A DNA stretch of 57,661 bases from an uncultured bacterium (GCA_963813815.1 CAWFAD010000013.1:1-57661); one strand, 5' to 3'. Shown: positions 9,831 to 19,542, counted from the first letter of the stretch. Numbers and translations are program-made. Notes: a model not told the origin generated them from the letters alone.

Positions 9831-10739
9831 ATGGTACGCATCCTTTCCGCGATTCTGCTCGCACTCTCCATCCCCACGCATCTTCCCGCCACGCGGGCCG
9901 GCGAGGCGAACGGGCGGCCGCGCGTCGAGGAGACGGCGGTGCGGCTCGGGGCCGGAGAGCTCCGCGAGCCGGTCGGCATAGCCGTCGACGCGCTCGGATT
10001 CGTTTACGTCGCCGACGCAATGGCGGGGAAGGTGTTCCGTTTCGACGAGGCGGGAGGGTCGCTCGAGCTCGCCCGGCCGCCGGAGCAGGCGGGATTCTAC
10101 CCGATCGACGTGGCGGCGCAGGAGTCCTTCGTCTTCGTACTCGATTACGCGGGGAACAGGCTCCTTCGGTACGACGCCAAAGGGGCGTATCTCGACGTCT
10201 TCCTCTCGTTCGGGGCGAGGGGTGCGCGTCCCGTCTCGATCACCGGGGGCCCGGGCGGAAGGATGATCACGGCCGACCCGGTCGACGATTCCGTCGCGCT
10301 CTGGACCCCGCTCCTCGAGCTCGAGCTCTCGATCGGCGGATTCGGGAGGGGAGCGGGCGGCCTGAGCGATCCGCGGAAGGCGGCGTTTCTCCCCGGACAG
10401 AAGATCGTCGTCGTGGAGTCGGGAAACAGGAGGCTGCAGCTCTTTTCGCCGTCGGGACGCTACGAACGATCGGTGGATTCGGCGGGGGGGCGGGGTTTCG
10501 TGTCGCCGCGGTACGTCGCCGCCGACGAACGGGGCGTCGTTTTCGTCTGCGATCCCGAGGGGATGCGTCTCAGCCTCTTCTCGGCGGAGCTCGAGCATCT
10601 GGCCGACATAGAGACGTTCGGCGGCGAGCCGGTGTCGCCCTCGGCGGCGGCGGTCGGCTGGGACGGAAAGCTCTACGTCGCCGATCTTCGCTCGCGCTCC
10701 GTTATCGTCTACCGGTTGATCTATCCGGGCGACATATGA
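9831..10739 (+). CDS. Exported NHL-repeat (6-bladed beta-propeller) protein
   Basis: Repeats PVGIAVDALGFVYVAD, PIDVAAQ, PRYVAADERGVVFVCD, AAAVGWDGKLYVAD; signal peptide. Confidence 0.85.
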   Translation: MVRILSAILLALSIPTHLPATRAGEANGRPRVEETAVRLGAGELREPVGIAVDALGFVYVADAMAGKVFRFDEAGGSLELARPPEQAGFYPIDVAAQESFVFVLDYAGNRLLRYDAKGAYLDVFLSFGARGARPVSITGGPGGRMITADPVDDSVALWTPLLELELSIGGFGRGAGGLSDPRKAAFLPGQKIVVVESGNRRLQLFSPSGRYERSVDSAGGRGFVSPRYVAADERGVVFVCDPEGMRLSLFSAELEHLADIETFGGEPVSPSAAAVGWDGKLYVADLRSRSVIVYRLIYPGDI

Positions 10740-13700
10740 TGCGCAGCACTCTTCTCGCGGCCATTCTGCTCGCCGCGCTCCCGGCCGGCGCCGCCTCTCG
10801 CGCGGCGCCGAATCCCGCCGGCGAGCTCGCGCTCCGCAGCGCGGGGGAGACGCGGTTCTTCGTGCTCGAGCCGGGGCAGGGGAGGATCGAGCTCGGCCGC
10901 TCCTTCATCGTTCCGGAGAGCGACTCGGTCCTGCTCGACGGCGCGCCCCTTCGCCGGGGGGACGATTACCGGATCAATACGCTCCGAGGCACGATCGTTC
11001 TCGTGCGGCCCGCCGTTGGGGGCGAACGTCTCGTCGTGCGCTTCGAGCGGCATCCGCTTCCCTTCTCTCCCGTGTTCGTCACGAACGTGTCGGAGGTGCC
11101 TGCGGGCGGCCCGCTTCCCGCCGCGGGCTCCGCTCCCCGCGCACCGGCGCGGGACGCCGGAGGGAGCGAGCTCTACCGGCTCCGGCTCTCGGGGAGCAAA
11201 ACGATCGGCGTCTCGGTGGGATCGAATCGCGATCTCGGGCTCGATCAGAGCCTCAAGGTCACCATGGTCGGCGCCGTCGCGAAGGATCTCGAGGTGAGCG
11301 CCTATCTCACCGACGACGATCTCCCCGTGCAGCCCGCGGGAAACACGGAGGAGCTCAAGCAGCTCGATCGCGTGTTCATCAAGGTGAAGAGCAAGCACAG
11401 CGAGGTGCGGCTCGGCGATTTTTCGTCGGGCCTCGCGGGGTTGCGGCTCTCGCGATTCAAACGCGATCTGCGCGGCGTCTCGGCGGACGTCGCCGCCGCG
11501 GGACAGACGTTCACCGCCGGAGGCGGAATCGCGCGCGGTCGGTTCAAGACGGTCCGACTCATCGGGCGCGAAGGGGTTCAAGGCCCCTACGAGCTTCTCC
11601 CCGCGCAGCGGTTCAACTCGGTCACGATCCTCGCTGGAACCGAGGCGGTGTACTGCAACGGGCGTCTGCTTCGCCGCGGCTCGGAGAACGACTATACGAT
11701 CGATTACGGGCGCGGGACCGTCGCCTTCACCGAGCGGCTCCCGATCACGAACGATTCGGAGATCGTGGTCGATTACGAGGTGAGCGAGTTCGGATTCGAC
11801 CGGTCGACGCTCTTCGCCGGATGGGCGTCGCCGAAGTGGATGGACGCGTTCTCCATCCGGACGACCTTTTTCCAGGAGGGGGATGACGCCGACCGGGCCC
11901 TCGCGGGAGCGCTTTCGGACGAGGATCGCGCGATCCTCGCGGAGGCGGGGGACGATCCGGATTCGGCGATCGCCTCCGGCATCGAGCGCGTGGAGGCCGG
12001 CGCGGGGGAGTACGTGGAGCTCAACGCCGGATCGGACTCGGCGTACTTCGCCTTCGTCGAAACGGGCGGCGAGTACCGGCTCTCGTTCATCGATGTCGGC
12101 GCCGCCGCCGGCGACTATCGAACGGACGGCTTCTCCACGAAAGGCGTGGTGAAGTACGCGTGGGCCGGCCCCGGGGGAGGTTCCTTTCGCATCGGGCGGC
12201 GGCTGTCGCTCCCCGAGCGGAAGCGGATTTTCGGCGTCGGCGCTTCGGCATCGAAGGGGGCGGCGTACGTCGACGCCGAGGGGAACGTGAGCGACTACGA
12301 CCGCAACCTCCTCTCGCGCCTCGCGAACGATGACAACGGCGGCCTCGCGCTGCGTCTCGAGGGGGGGCTCAAGGATTACGCCGTACCCTCGGCGAAGGTG
12401 TCCGTCGCGGGCGAGATATCGAGCGTGGACGGGCGCTATGCCGCCCCGGACAAGGTGCGCGAGCCTTACTTTTACCGGAGCTGGGGGCTCGAGGACGAGC
12501 CGCTCGACCTCACCGAGGTGATCGCCGGGGGGCGCGTCGCGATCGCGGGGCTGCGGGCCTGGAGCGCGGGGGCGAGCTACGAAAGGCTTTCGCGGGGGGA
12601 CGCCTTTAGCGCGCGGAAGGCGGAGCTCGAAGGCTCCCTCGGGGAGGCCGGATCGCGGGGCGCCGATTTCCGCGCGATGAGCTCCAGCGCGGGCGACGGT
12701 CGCGAGCGCCGGTTCGCGCGCGGATCCGGGGCGCTCGCGCTCTGGCGCGTCGTTCCGCGCCTCACGCTCGAGTCCGAGCGGTACGCCGTGCGTTCGGCCG
12801 CGAGCGTCGACACGGGAAGGGCCTACACGGAGGGAACCCTGTCGCTCGCTGGCCGCGATCTGGGCCCCTGGAGGTCGGTCGTAACCCTCGCGCGGCGGAA
12901 CACGGACGTTCTCGACACGTTGCGGGGCGAGTGGAACCGCTCTCGAGAAAACGGCGAGGTGAGCTTCGACGGAGCCTATTCGGGCGGGTCGCGCATCGTC
13001 GAGCTTCTCGCTACGCACCGGCGGAGCCGCGATCCGCGGGAAGGGGAAACCTCGTTCAACAACCTGGCGCGGATCAGGGCGCGCGATTCATGGGAGCGCG
13101 CCGGGCTCGCGGCGGACGTCAGCTATCGCATCGCGGGAGGGGAGGAGCGCACCCTCCAGAAGTCGGTGATCTACGTCGGCGAGATGCAGGGCGATTACGA
13201 CGCCGCCGGGCGAGAGGTCGGGCAGAAGCGCGGCGATTACATGCTGGTCTACATTCCCGGCGCGGATCGCGTGGGCGTGAACACGGTGGAGCTCAGCATG
13301 CAGGCGAGCTTCGGCGCCGGCGTGCGGGGCATCGGCGGAGAAGGAGGCGGTGGAGGCTTTTGGGGAGCCCTTCGGCGCGAGGTGTCGCTCGACCACTCCT
13401 TCTCGATCATCGAGAAATCCCGGACCGACGAGATCGTTCGGCTCCTTTTCCTGAGCCCGTCGCTTCTGCAGAGGGACGACGTCACCGTCTACGGCGTCAC
13501 CAAGCTGCGGGAGGAATGCACGTTCTTCAATTCGTCCCGCCTCTTCAAGCTCCGCGTCGCCTACTCCCGCGAGGACGAGGAGGACAACCGAACGGAGGGA
13601 GGAGCGGCAGAGAACTTCGCGCGGGAGATCCGCGTGCGCGCCGAGTCGGCGCCGTGGAGCTCCGTCGCGCTCTCCTGGGAGGCGAGGGAGGCCTTCTCGA

Positions 13701-14134
13701 GGCGCGAGACCGCCGCGACCGAGGACGCCTCCTACGAGATCGAAACGACCGCCCTGTCGCAGACCGTCGTTTACCGCTTCGGGCCGTCGGCGAAGCTCTC
13801 GCTCGAAACGGGGGCCGAGCGAAGATCGGACGCCGTCTCGCTCGCCCGGCAGGTGTCCTATCTCGCCGCTCCGTCCTTCAGCGCCTCTCTCGGCGCGCGA
13901 TTCAACGCGGCCGTTCTCGTCCGCGTCACGTACACGGACGACCGGTCGGAGGCCGGAAAGCCGCTCTTCTTTCTCGAGGAGGGTTTTCGAGAGGATTGGA
14001 GCGTGCTCGGCCAGTACCGGGTCTCGCAGAACGTCAGCTTCGGTCTCAGCTACACGGGCCGCCGGGAAAAGGATTACGGGGGGGAGGTGTCGACGGTCAA
14101 TGATCTCAAGATGGAAAGCCGCGCTTATTTCTAG
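10736..14134 (+). CDS. Large (1132 aa) uncharacterised outer-membrane protein, probably a beta-barrel with SprA-like N-terminal motifs
   Basis: Signal peptide, two LRRGxxDYxIxxxRGTI/V motifs, long amphipathic strand-rich C-terminal region, beta-signal-like end RAYF, ATGA-coupled to the NHL gene. Confidence 0.7.
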   Translation: MMRSTLLAAILLAALPAGAASRAAPNPAGELALRSAGETRFFVLEPGQGRIELGRSFIVPESDSVLLDGAPLRRGDDYRINTLRGTIVLVRPAVGGERLVVRFERHPLPFSPVFVTNVSEVPAGGPLPAAGSAPRAPARDAGGSELYRLRLSGSKTIGVSVGSNRDLGLDQSLKVTMVGAVAKDLEVSAYLTDDDLPVQPAGNTEELKQLDRVFIKVKSKHSEVRLGDFSSGLAGLRLSRFKRDLRGVSADVAAAGQTFTAGGGIARGRFKTVRLIGREGVQGPYELLPAQRFNSVTILAGTEAVYCNGRLLRRGSENDYTIDYGRGTVAFTERLPITNDSEIVVDYEVSEFGFDRSTLFAGWASPKWMDAFSIRTTFFQEGDDADRALAGALSDEDRAILAEAGDDPDSAIASGIERVEAGAGEYVELNAGSDSAYFAFVETGGEYRLSFIDVGAAAGDYRTDGFSTKGVVKYAWAGPGGGSFRIGRRLSLPERKRIFGVGASASKGAAYVDAEGNVSDYDRNLLSRLANDDNGGLALRLEGGLKDYAVPSAKVSVAGEISSVDGRYAAPDKVREPYFYRSWGLEDEPLDLTEVIAGGRVAIAGLRAWSAGASYERLSRGDAFSARKAELEGSLGEAGSRGADFRAMSSSAGDGRERRFARGSGALALWRVVPRLTLESERYAVRSAASVDTGRAYTEGTLSLAGRDLGPWRSVVTLARRNTDVLDTLRGEWNRSRENGEVSFDGAYSGGSRIVELLATHRRSRDPREGETSFNNLARIRARDSWERAGLAADVSYRIAGGEERTLQKSVIYVGEMQGDYDAAGREVGQKRGDYMLVYIPGADRVGVNTVELSMQASFGAGVRGIGGEGGGGGFWGALRREVSLDHSFSIIEKSRTDEIVRLLFLSPSLLQRDDVTVYGVTKLREECTFFNSSRLFKLRVAYSREDEEDNRTEGGAAENFAREIRVRAESAPWSSVALSWEAREAFSRRETAATEDASYEIETTALSQTVVYRFGPSAKLSLETGAERRSDAVSLARQVSYLAAPSFSASLGARFNAAVLVRVTYTDDRSEAGKPLFFLEEGFREDWSVLGQYRVSQNVSFGLSYTGRREKDYGGEVSTVNDLKMESRAYF

Positions 14135-15776
14135 CGCTGCGTGCCTCGTCGCGGCGGCCCCCGTTTCGTCCTCCGTGATCCGCTCGGTCGCGGTCGCGGG
14201 GAACAGCGCGATCTCGACGGCCGAGATCGAACGGGGCAGCCACCTTCTGCCGGGAGTCGAGTTCTCTGATTCGCTTATATCGCTTGAGGTTGCGCGAATC
14301 GATTCGCTTTATTTCTCGATCGGAATTCTCGCCGTCCGCATCGCGGCGGATACGGCGCTTTCCGCGGACGGGGTGGCCCTGCGACTTCGCCTCGAGGAAG
14401 GGGAGAGGGCTCGGATCGGCGCGATCTCGGTGAGCGGCGCCGCGCTGCTCGGCGAGGATAAGGCGCGCGGCGCGATCCGGCCGGCACCGGGCGAGCCGTT
14501 CGATCCCTTTCTTCTCGAGGAATCGCTCATCGCGCTGCTCGATCGCTACAACGAATCGGGCTACCCCTACGCTCAGGTCTGGCTCACCGGATTTGCCTAT
14601 CGCGAGGACGCGAATGAGGTCGATCTCGCCGTTACCGTGTCGGAAGCGGAACGGACCGTGCTCGCCGGAATCGTCTTCGAGGGCCTCGCGAAAACCGACT
14701 CGACGGTCGCGCGGCGCACGGCGCGGCTGCGGCCGGGAGCCGAATACCGGCGAACGGAGGTCGAGCGAGGCCGGGCTTACCTCCGCTCGTCCGGATACTT
14801 CGAGTCGGTCGGCGAGGCGAGGCTCGAGCGGCGCGGTCCGGGGGCGGCCGATCTCGTCATCCCCGTGAAGGAGGCGCGAGGCGCGGGAACCTTTCAAGGC
14901 GCCGTCGGATTTTCCCGGAAGACGGACGGGTCGTACGTCGCGAGCGGCGCCGCGGGGCTCTCGCTCAGAAACATCGCGGGCTCGGGGCGCGGCGCCGCGC
15001 TCGACTGGCTGAACGACGGGCTGTCGTACTCGCGTATCGCGCTGCGGTATCACGAGCCTTTCCTCGCCTCGTGGCCGCTCTCCGTCGACGTGGAGATGGC
15101 GCAGATCATTCAGGATTCGAGCTACGTGTTGAGCTCGGGAGGCATCGCGATCGGCGTTCCAGCCGGCCCCGCGACGACGATCATCGCCGGTGTCGCCGCG
15201 GACAGCAACATCCCCGAACAGGGCGATCTCGACCGGAGCGTTCGACAGCGGATCCGCCTCGGCGTCTCCCGGACGGGCGCGGGGCCCGTGGATGCGGCTC
15301 TGAGCTTCGAAGGCGCCTACCGCAAGCGGTACTTCGACGACGGACGCCTCGAGCGCGATGGCGAGCTCCTCTACGATTTCGAGGCGAGCGGATCGATCCC
15401 CGTATTCACCGCCCAGAGCCTGTTTCTCCGTATCGCCTCGCGCGGCGTCGTTTCGAGGGAAGCGGTGCCGCTCGCCGAGACCTACGCCATCGGCGGGGCG
15501 AACACGCTCCGCGGATACCGGGAGGCGCAGTTTCGAGGCGAAAAGATCGCATGGACCACCGTCGAGTACCGTTTCGGAGCGGGAGGCGCATTCTTCCTCT
15601 TCAACGACGTCGGCGCCTACGAATCGCCGGAGGAGGGATGGGTCTTCAAAAACGGCACGGGATTCGGCCTTCGGGCCGCATCCCCCGTCGGCGTCATCTC
15701 GCTGAGCTTCGGCGTGGGAGAGAGGCTCTCGCTCTCCGAAACGCGCCTGCACGTGTCGCTCGCGGAGCGCTTCTAG
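14100..15776 (+). CDS. Omp85 (BamA/TamA-family) protein with POTRA domains
   Basis: POTRA-like repeats (VAGNSAIS, YNESGYPYA, FEGLAKT, SSGYFESV), loop-6 motif GGANTLRGY, GFGLR, terminal Phe. Confidence 0.85.
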   Translation: MISRWKAALISSAACLVAAAPVSSSVIRSVAVAGNSAISTAEIERGSHLLPGVEFSDSLISLEVARIDSLYFSIGILAVRIAADTALSADGVALRLRLEEGERARIGAISVSGAALLGEDKARGAIRPAPGEPFDPFLLEESLIALLDRYNESGYPYAQVWLTGFAYREDANEVDLAVTVSEAERTVLAGIVFEGLAKTDSTVARRTARLRPGAEYRRTEVERGRAYLRSSGYFESVGEARLERRGPGAADLVIPVKEARGAGTFQGAVGFSRKTDGSYVASGAAGLSLRNIAGSGRGAALDWLNDGLSYSRIALRYHEPFLASWPLSVDVEMAQIIQDSSYVLSSGGIAIGVPAGPATTIIAGVAADSNIPEQGDLDRSVRQRIRLGVSRTGAGPVDAALSFEGAYRKRYFDDGRLERDGELLYDFEASGSIPVFTAQSLFLRIASRGVVSREAVPLAETYAIGGANTLRGYREAQFRGEKIAWTTVEYRFGAGGAFFLFNDVGAYESPEEGWVFKNGTGFGLRAASPVGVISLSFGVGERLSLSETRLHVSLAERF

Positions 15777-15819
15777 GTCGGCGCGGACCGATCGCGGCAG
15801 CCCCGTTCCCGTCTCGTCC

Positions 15820-15849
15820 TTGACTCCGTAGCCGCCGCGAACCTATAAT
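15820..15849 (+). promoter_or_regulatory. Sigma-70 promoter for thiC-dinG
   Basis: TTGACT (15820-15825), 18 nt, TATAAT (15844-15849). Confidence 0.75.
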
Positions 15850-15883
15850 GGATTGATTGCAGGGATGAGAGGGGGAGAACGAT

Positions 15884-17176
15884 TTGACGGAATTCGAACG
15901 GGCGAAAAACGGCGAGGTGACGCCGGCCGTGCAGCGCGTCGCCGAGGACGAGCGGATCGATCCGGAGCGCCTGCGGCGTCTCGTCGCCGAGGGGCGGGCG
16001 GTCGTGACGGGATCCGCCCGGAAACACTGCCGCGTGATCGGAATCGGCGAGGGGCTCCGCACGAAGATCAACGCGAATATCGGCACGAGCCCGGCGCACG
16101 TCGACCTCGCCGTCGAGCTCGAGAAGCTCCGGGTGGCGATCGACGCCGGGGCCGACACCGTGATGGATCTCTCGACCGGCGGAGATCTCGACGCCGTTCG
16201 GCGGGCCGTCTGCGAGCGGTCGACGATCCCCGTGGGCACGGTGCCCATTTACCAGGCGATCGTCGAGACGACGCGGGCGGGCGGCGGGATCCCCGACGCG
16301 ACGACCGAGGCGCTGTTCGAAGTGGTCGAGCGGCACGCCCGAGACGGCGTGGATTTCATGACGATCCATTGCGGCCTCACCAAGCGCCTCGCCGACGTGG
16401 TCGCTTCCTCGCGGACGGCCGGCGTCGTAAGCCGCGGCGGCTGCTTTCTCCTCCAATGGATGGTTACGAACGAAAAGGAAAACCCGTACTACGAGCATTT
16501 CGACCGTTTGCTCGATATCGCCGCGATGTTCGACGTGACGCTGAGCCTCGGCGATGGTCTTCGTCCGGGCGCCATCGCGGACGCGACGGACGGCGCCCAG
16601 ATCGGCGAGCTTCTCGTGATCGGCGAGCTCGTCGAACGCGCTCGCTCGCGCGGAGTGAGCGTCATCGTCGAGGGACCGGGCCACGTGCCTCTCCAAGACG
16701 TGCCCGCGCAGATGCAGTTGCAGAAGCGCGTGTGCAAGGGGGCGCCGTTCTACGTGCTCGGTCCGCTCGTGACGGATGTCGCTCCGGGTTACGATCACAT
16801 CACGAGCGCCATCGGCGGCGCGGTCGCCGCGTGGTACGGCGCCGATTTTCTCTGCTACGTCACCCCGGCGGAGCACCTGAGGCTTCCCACCGTCGAGGAC
16901 GTCCGCACCGGCGTCATCGCGGCCCGCATCGCCGCGCACGCCGGAGACCTGGCAAAAGGGGTCGAAGGCGCCGCCGCATGGGATCTCGAGGTTTCCAAGG
17001 CGAGGGCCGGTCTCGACTGGGAGAGATCGATCAACCGGAGCATCGATCCGGAACGCGCCCGCGCGATGTACGATCCGATCGCGGGGGATACCGGCAAGCT
17101 CTGCTCGATGTGCGGTATCTATTGCGCGATACGCGGTTCGAAAAAGAGCAGGGAAGGCCGCGGCGCGCGGGAGTAG
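15884..17176 (+). CDS. thiC: Phosphomethylpyrimidine synthase ThiC, short form (a BzaA/B/F paralogue is not excluded)
   Basis: TKINANIGTS, ADTVMDLSTGG, GTVPIYQ, SRGG, SLGDGLRPG, EGPGHVP, CYVTPAEHL, CSMCGIYC Fe-S motif. Confidence 0.9.
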   Translation: MTEFERAKNGEVTPAVQRVAEDERIDPERLRRLVAEGRAVVTGSARKHCRVIGIGEGLRTKINANIGTSPAHVDLAVELEKLRVAIDAGADTVMDLSTGGDLDAVRRAVCERSTIPVGTVPIYQAIVETTRAGGGIPDATTEALFEVVERHARDGVDFMTIHCGLTKRLADVVASSRTAGVVSRGGCFLLQWMVTNEKENPYYEHFDRLLDIAAMFDVTLSLGDGLRPGAIADATDGAQIGELLVIGELVERARSRGVSVIVEGPGHVPLQDVPAQMQLQKRVCKGAPFYVLGPLVTDVAPGYDHITSAIGGAVAAWYGADFLCYVTPAEHLRLPTVEDVRTGVIAARIAAHAGDLAKGVEGAAAWDLEVSKARAGLDWERSINRSIDPERARAMYDPIAGDTGKLCSMCGIYCAIRGSKKSREGRGARE

Positions 17177-17178
17177 GA

Positions 17179-19542
17179 ATGGGCGGGGCGCGAAAGCGCG
17201 CGCGGGCGTCTTCCCGGCGCGATGCTTCCTCAAAGCGGGGCGCTCGGACGCAGAGCCCGTTCGGGCTCGGCGTTCAGGCGCTCCGTTCCTTTCTCGAATC
17301 CCATGGGTGCGCCGCGCCCCCGCCCGGAGACGAGCCGGATGAGGATGGCGTCGCTGCGCGGATCGCCGGCGGTCCCGTTCCCCCCGAGTACCTGCTCACG
17401 CTGGCCGCTCGCTCGAACGCGCCGTTCATTTCGCTCATCGAGGAAGCCTCCGTTCTCGCTCGCGAGGCGGATCCCGGCGCCCGGCGGCCCAGCGAGCGCC
17501 GGACTTCCGGCGACGAACTGCCTTCTCTCGACGCCGCCTTCGCGCGTCTCTTTGCCGCCCTCGGCGAGGAGCGTCTCGGTCAGGTCGAGATGGCCCGATC
17601 GGTGGATCGCGCGCTCCGGGAGAGCGCCGTCGCGCTCGTCGAGGCGGGCACGGGAACGGGAAAATCCCTCGGCTATCTCGTGCCGGCGGCGCTTTTCGCC
17701 CGCGAAACGGGCGAGCGCGTCGTCGTCTCCACCTATACGAAGAATCTCCAGGACCAGCTCTACCGCAAGGAAACGCCGCTCCTCGAGTCCGTCGTTCCCG
17801 GCGTGCGCGCCGAGCGCCTGCTCGGCAGGGAGAACTATCTCTGCACTCGGGGCATCGTCTCGCGCGCGGTCTCGCTCGCCGTGGACTCGCCGGAGCGAGC
17901 CCTCGCCTTCGCACTTCAGATGACGCTCGCATCCGGCGCCGCCGCCGATCGGGTCGCGGCGGAGAACGGTCCGGCCCGCGCGTTATCGCTCTTCGCGCCC
18001 GCCCGCTGCTCCATGAACGCGTGCGCCTTCGCCGATCGCTGTCCGCTCATGCGGGCGAGGCGTCGCGCGCGGGAAGCGGAGATACTCTTCGTCAACCACG
18101 CGCTCCTGCTCACCGATTACCGGCAGGGGGGAGGCGTGATCGGGCCCTACGCGCGGGTCATATTCGACGAGGCTCATCATCTCGAGCGCTGCGTGGTGGA
18201 GAACCTCTCGGTCAAGGCCGCGCGGGACGATTGCCGGCGCATACTCGAGAGCGTGCGGCTCTCTCTGAAGAACGAGGACGCTTGGAGGCTCCTCGTTCAC
18301 GAGCTCGAGTCGGGCGGACCCGGCGAGGCGAGGCGGCTGAGGGGGGAGATCGCCGACAGGGCCCTCGCGCTCGAGAGGGCGAACGCGGAGCTCTTCCGCG
18401 CCATCGAGGAGAGCATCAACCCCGAGAGGGCCTTCCGCGCGATGAAGCTGCGCTATACGGACGGCGCCGAAACGTTCGCGCTCGCTCGCGATGCCTTCGC
18501 TGATAACTATATTACATTGAATGAATTAAACGAATCATTGAAACTAATTAGAGAAGCCTCTCTCCCGAGGGATCTCGAGCCTTTCCGCCAAGAGATGATC
18601 TATGTCTCGGAGGAGCTCTCGACGCTCGCCGAGGGCCTGCGCTACCTCTCGTCCGCGTCGGGCGAAGAGTCCGTATTTTGGCTGGACTGGGGCGCCGACG
18701 CCGGTCTCAGGGAGCTCTGCGGGTCGCCGCTCGACGTCGATCGTTCGTTCGCGGATTACGTCGAGAGCTTTATGGGATCTGCCGTGCTCACGTCGGCGAC
18801 CCTCTCGCATGACGGAGGCTTCGCGTTCCTCAAGGAGCGGCTCGGCATCGGACTCCTTCCCGGAACGCCGATCGAAACGATCATACCCTCCCCCTTTCCG
18901 TTCGACGAGCGCTGTCTCGTGCTCATCGTGACCGGGCTCGGCGATCCGAACGACGACGTCTTCGCCGCGCGGGTGAGCGGGATCGTCGGATCGCTCGCCG
19001 AGGAGGTCGCCCGGCGCACGATGGTGCTCTTCACATCCTATCGGCTCTGCCACGCGGTGGGGCGTTCCCTCGAGTCGTCGCGCGCGCCCGGCCCCGTTCT
19101 CGTTCAAGGCACGGGCGAGAGCAGGGAGACGCTCTCCGGCAGGTTCCGGCGCGGCGGGAGCTCTCTTCTCCTCGGAGTCGCGAGCTTCTGGGAGGGGGTC
19201 GATTTTCCGGGAGAGGAGCTCGAAGTGCTCGTTATCCCCAAGGTGCCGTTTCCCGTGCCGTCGGAGCCCGTGGTGGAAGCGCGATCGTCCCGGCTCGCGG
19301 CGCTCGGCGAGGACGCCTTCGAAAAGCTTTTTTTGCCCGAAGCGATGCTGCGGATGAGGCAGGGCGCGGGCCGTCTCATCAGGCGGATGGACGACCGCGG
19401 AGTGATCGTCATCCTCGACGAGCGGCTCGAGACGAGGCCGTACGGCCCCTCGATTCTCTCGGCGCTTCCCTCTCGTACCATCGAGCACGTATCGGCCGCC
19501 GAATGCATCGCCTCCGCCGTGCGCTGGTTCGAGGGCCGGTGA
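17179..19542 (+). CDS. dinG: DinG/YoaA-family ATP-dependent Fe-S DNA helicase
   Basis: EAGTGTGKS, STYTKNLQDQL, GRENYLC, FDEAHHL, TSATL, FWEGVDFPG, QGAGRLIR. Confidence 0.9.
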   Translation: MGGARKRARASSRRDASSKRGARTQSPFGLGVQALRSFLESHGCAAPPPGDEPDEDGVAARIAGGPVPPEYLLTLAARSNAPFISLIEEASVLAREADPGARRPSERRTSGDELPSLDAAFARLFAALGEERLGQVEMARSVDRALRESAVALVEAGTGTGKSLGYLVPAALFARETGERVVVSTYTKNLQDQLYRKETPLLESVVPGVRAERLLGRENYLCTRGIVSRAVSLAVDSPERALAFALQMTLASGAAADRVAAENGPARALSLFAPARCSMNACAFADRCPLMRARRRAREAEILFVNHALLLTDYRQGGGVIGPYARVIFDEAHHLERCVVENLSVKAARDDCRRILESVRLSLKNEDAWRLLVHELESGGPGEARRLRGEIADRALALERANAELFRAIEESINPERAFRAMKLRYTDGAETFALARDAFADNYITLNELNESLKLIREASLPRDLEPFRQEMIYVSEELSTLAEGLRYLSSASGEESVFWLDWGADAGLRELCGSPLDVDRSFADYVESFMGSAVLTSATLSHDGGFAFLKERLGIGLLPGTPIETIIPSPFPFDERCLVLIVTGLGDPNDDVFAARVSGIVGSLAEEVARRTMVLFTSYRLCHAVGRSLESSRAPGPVLVQGTGESRETLSGRFRRGGSSLLLGVASFWEGVDFPGEELEVLVIPKVPFPVPSEPVVEARSSRLAALGEDAFEKLFLPEAMLRMRQGAGRLIRRMDDRGVIVILDERLETRPYGPSILSALPSRTIEHVSAAECIASAVRWFEGR

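Noticed and set aside
9831..10739. NHL propeller as PorZ
   Set aside because: Only about 300 aa, a single propeller and no CTD; PorZ has two propellers plus a CTD
15853..17178. N-terminal 440 aa of the 1229-aa ORF as a ThiC-DinG fusion or extra domain
   Set aside because: It is an alternate frame over thiC, which has its own stop at 17176; DinG plausibly starts at 17179
17179..19542. DinG as a type IV CRISPR (CasDinG) or defence-system component
   Set aside because: No cas genes, repeat array or defence neighbours; housekeeping context and host-like codon usage
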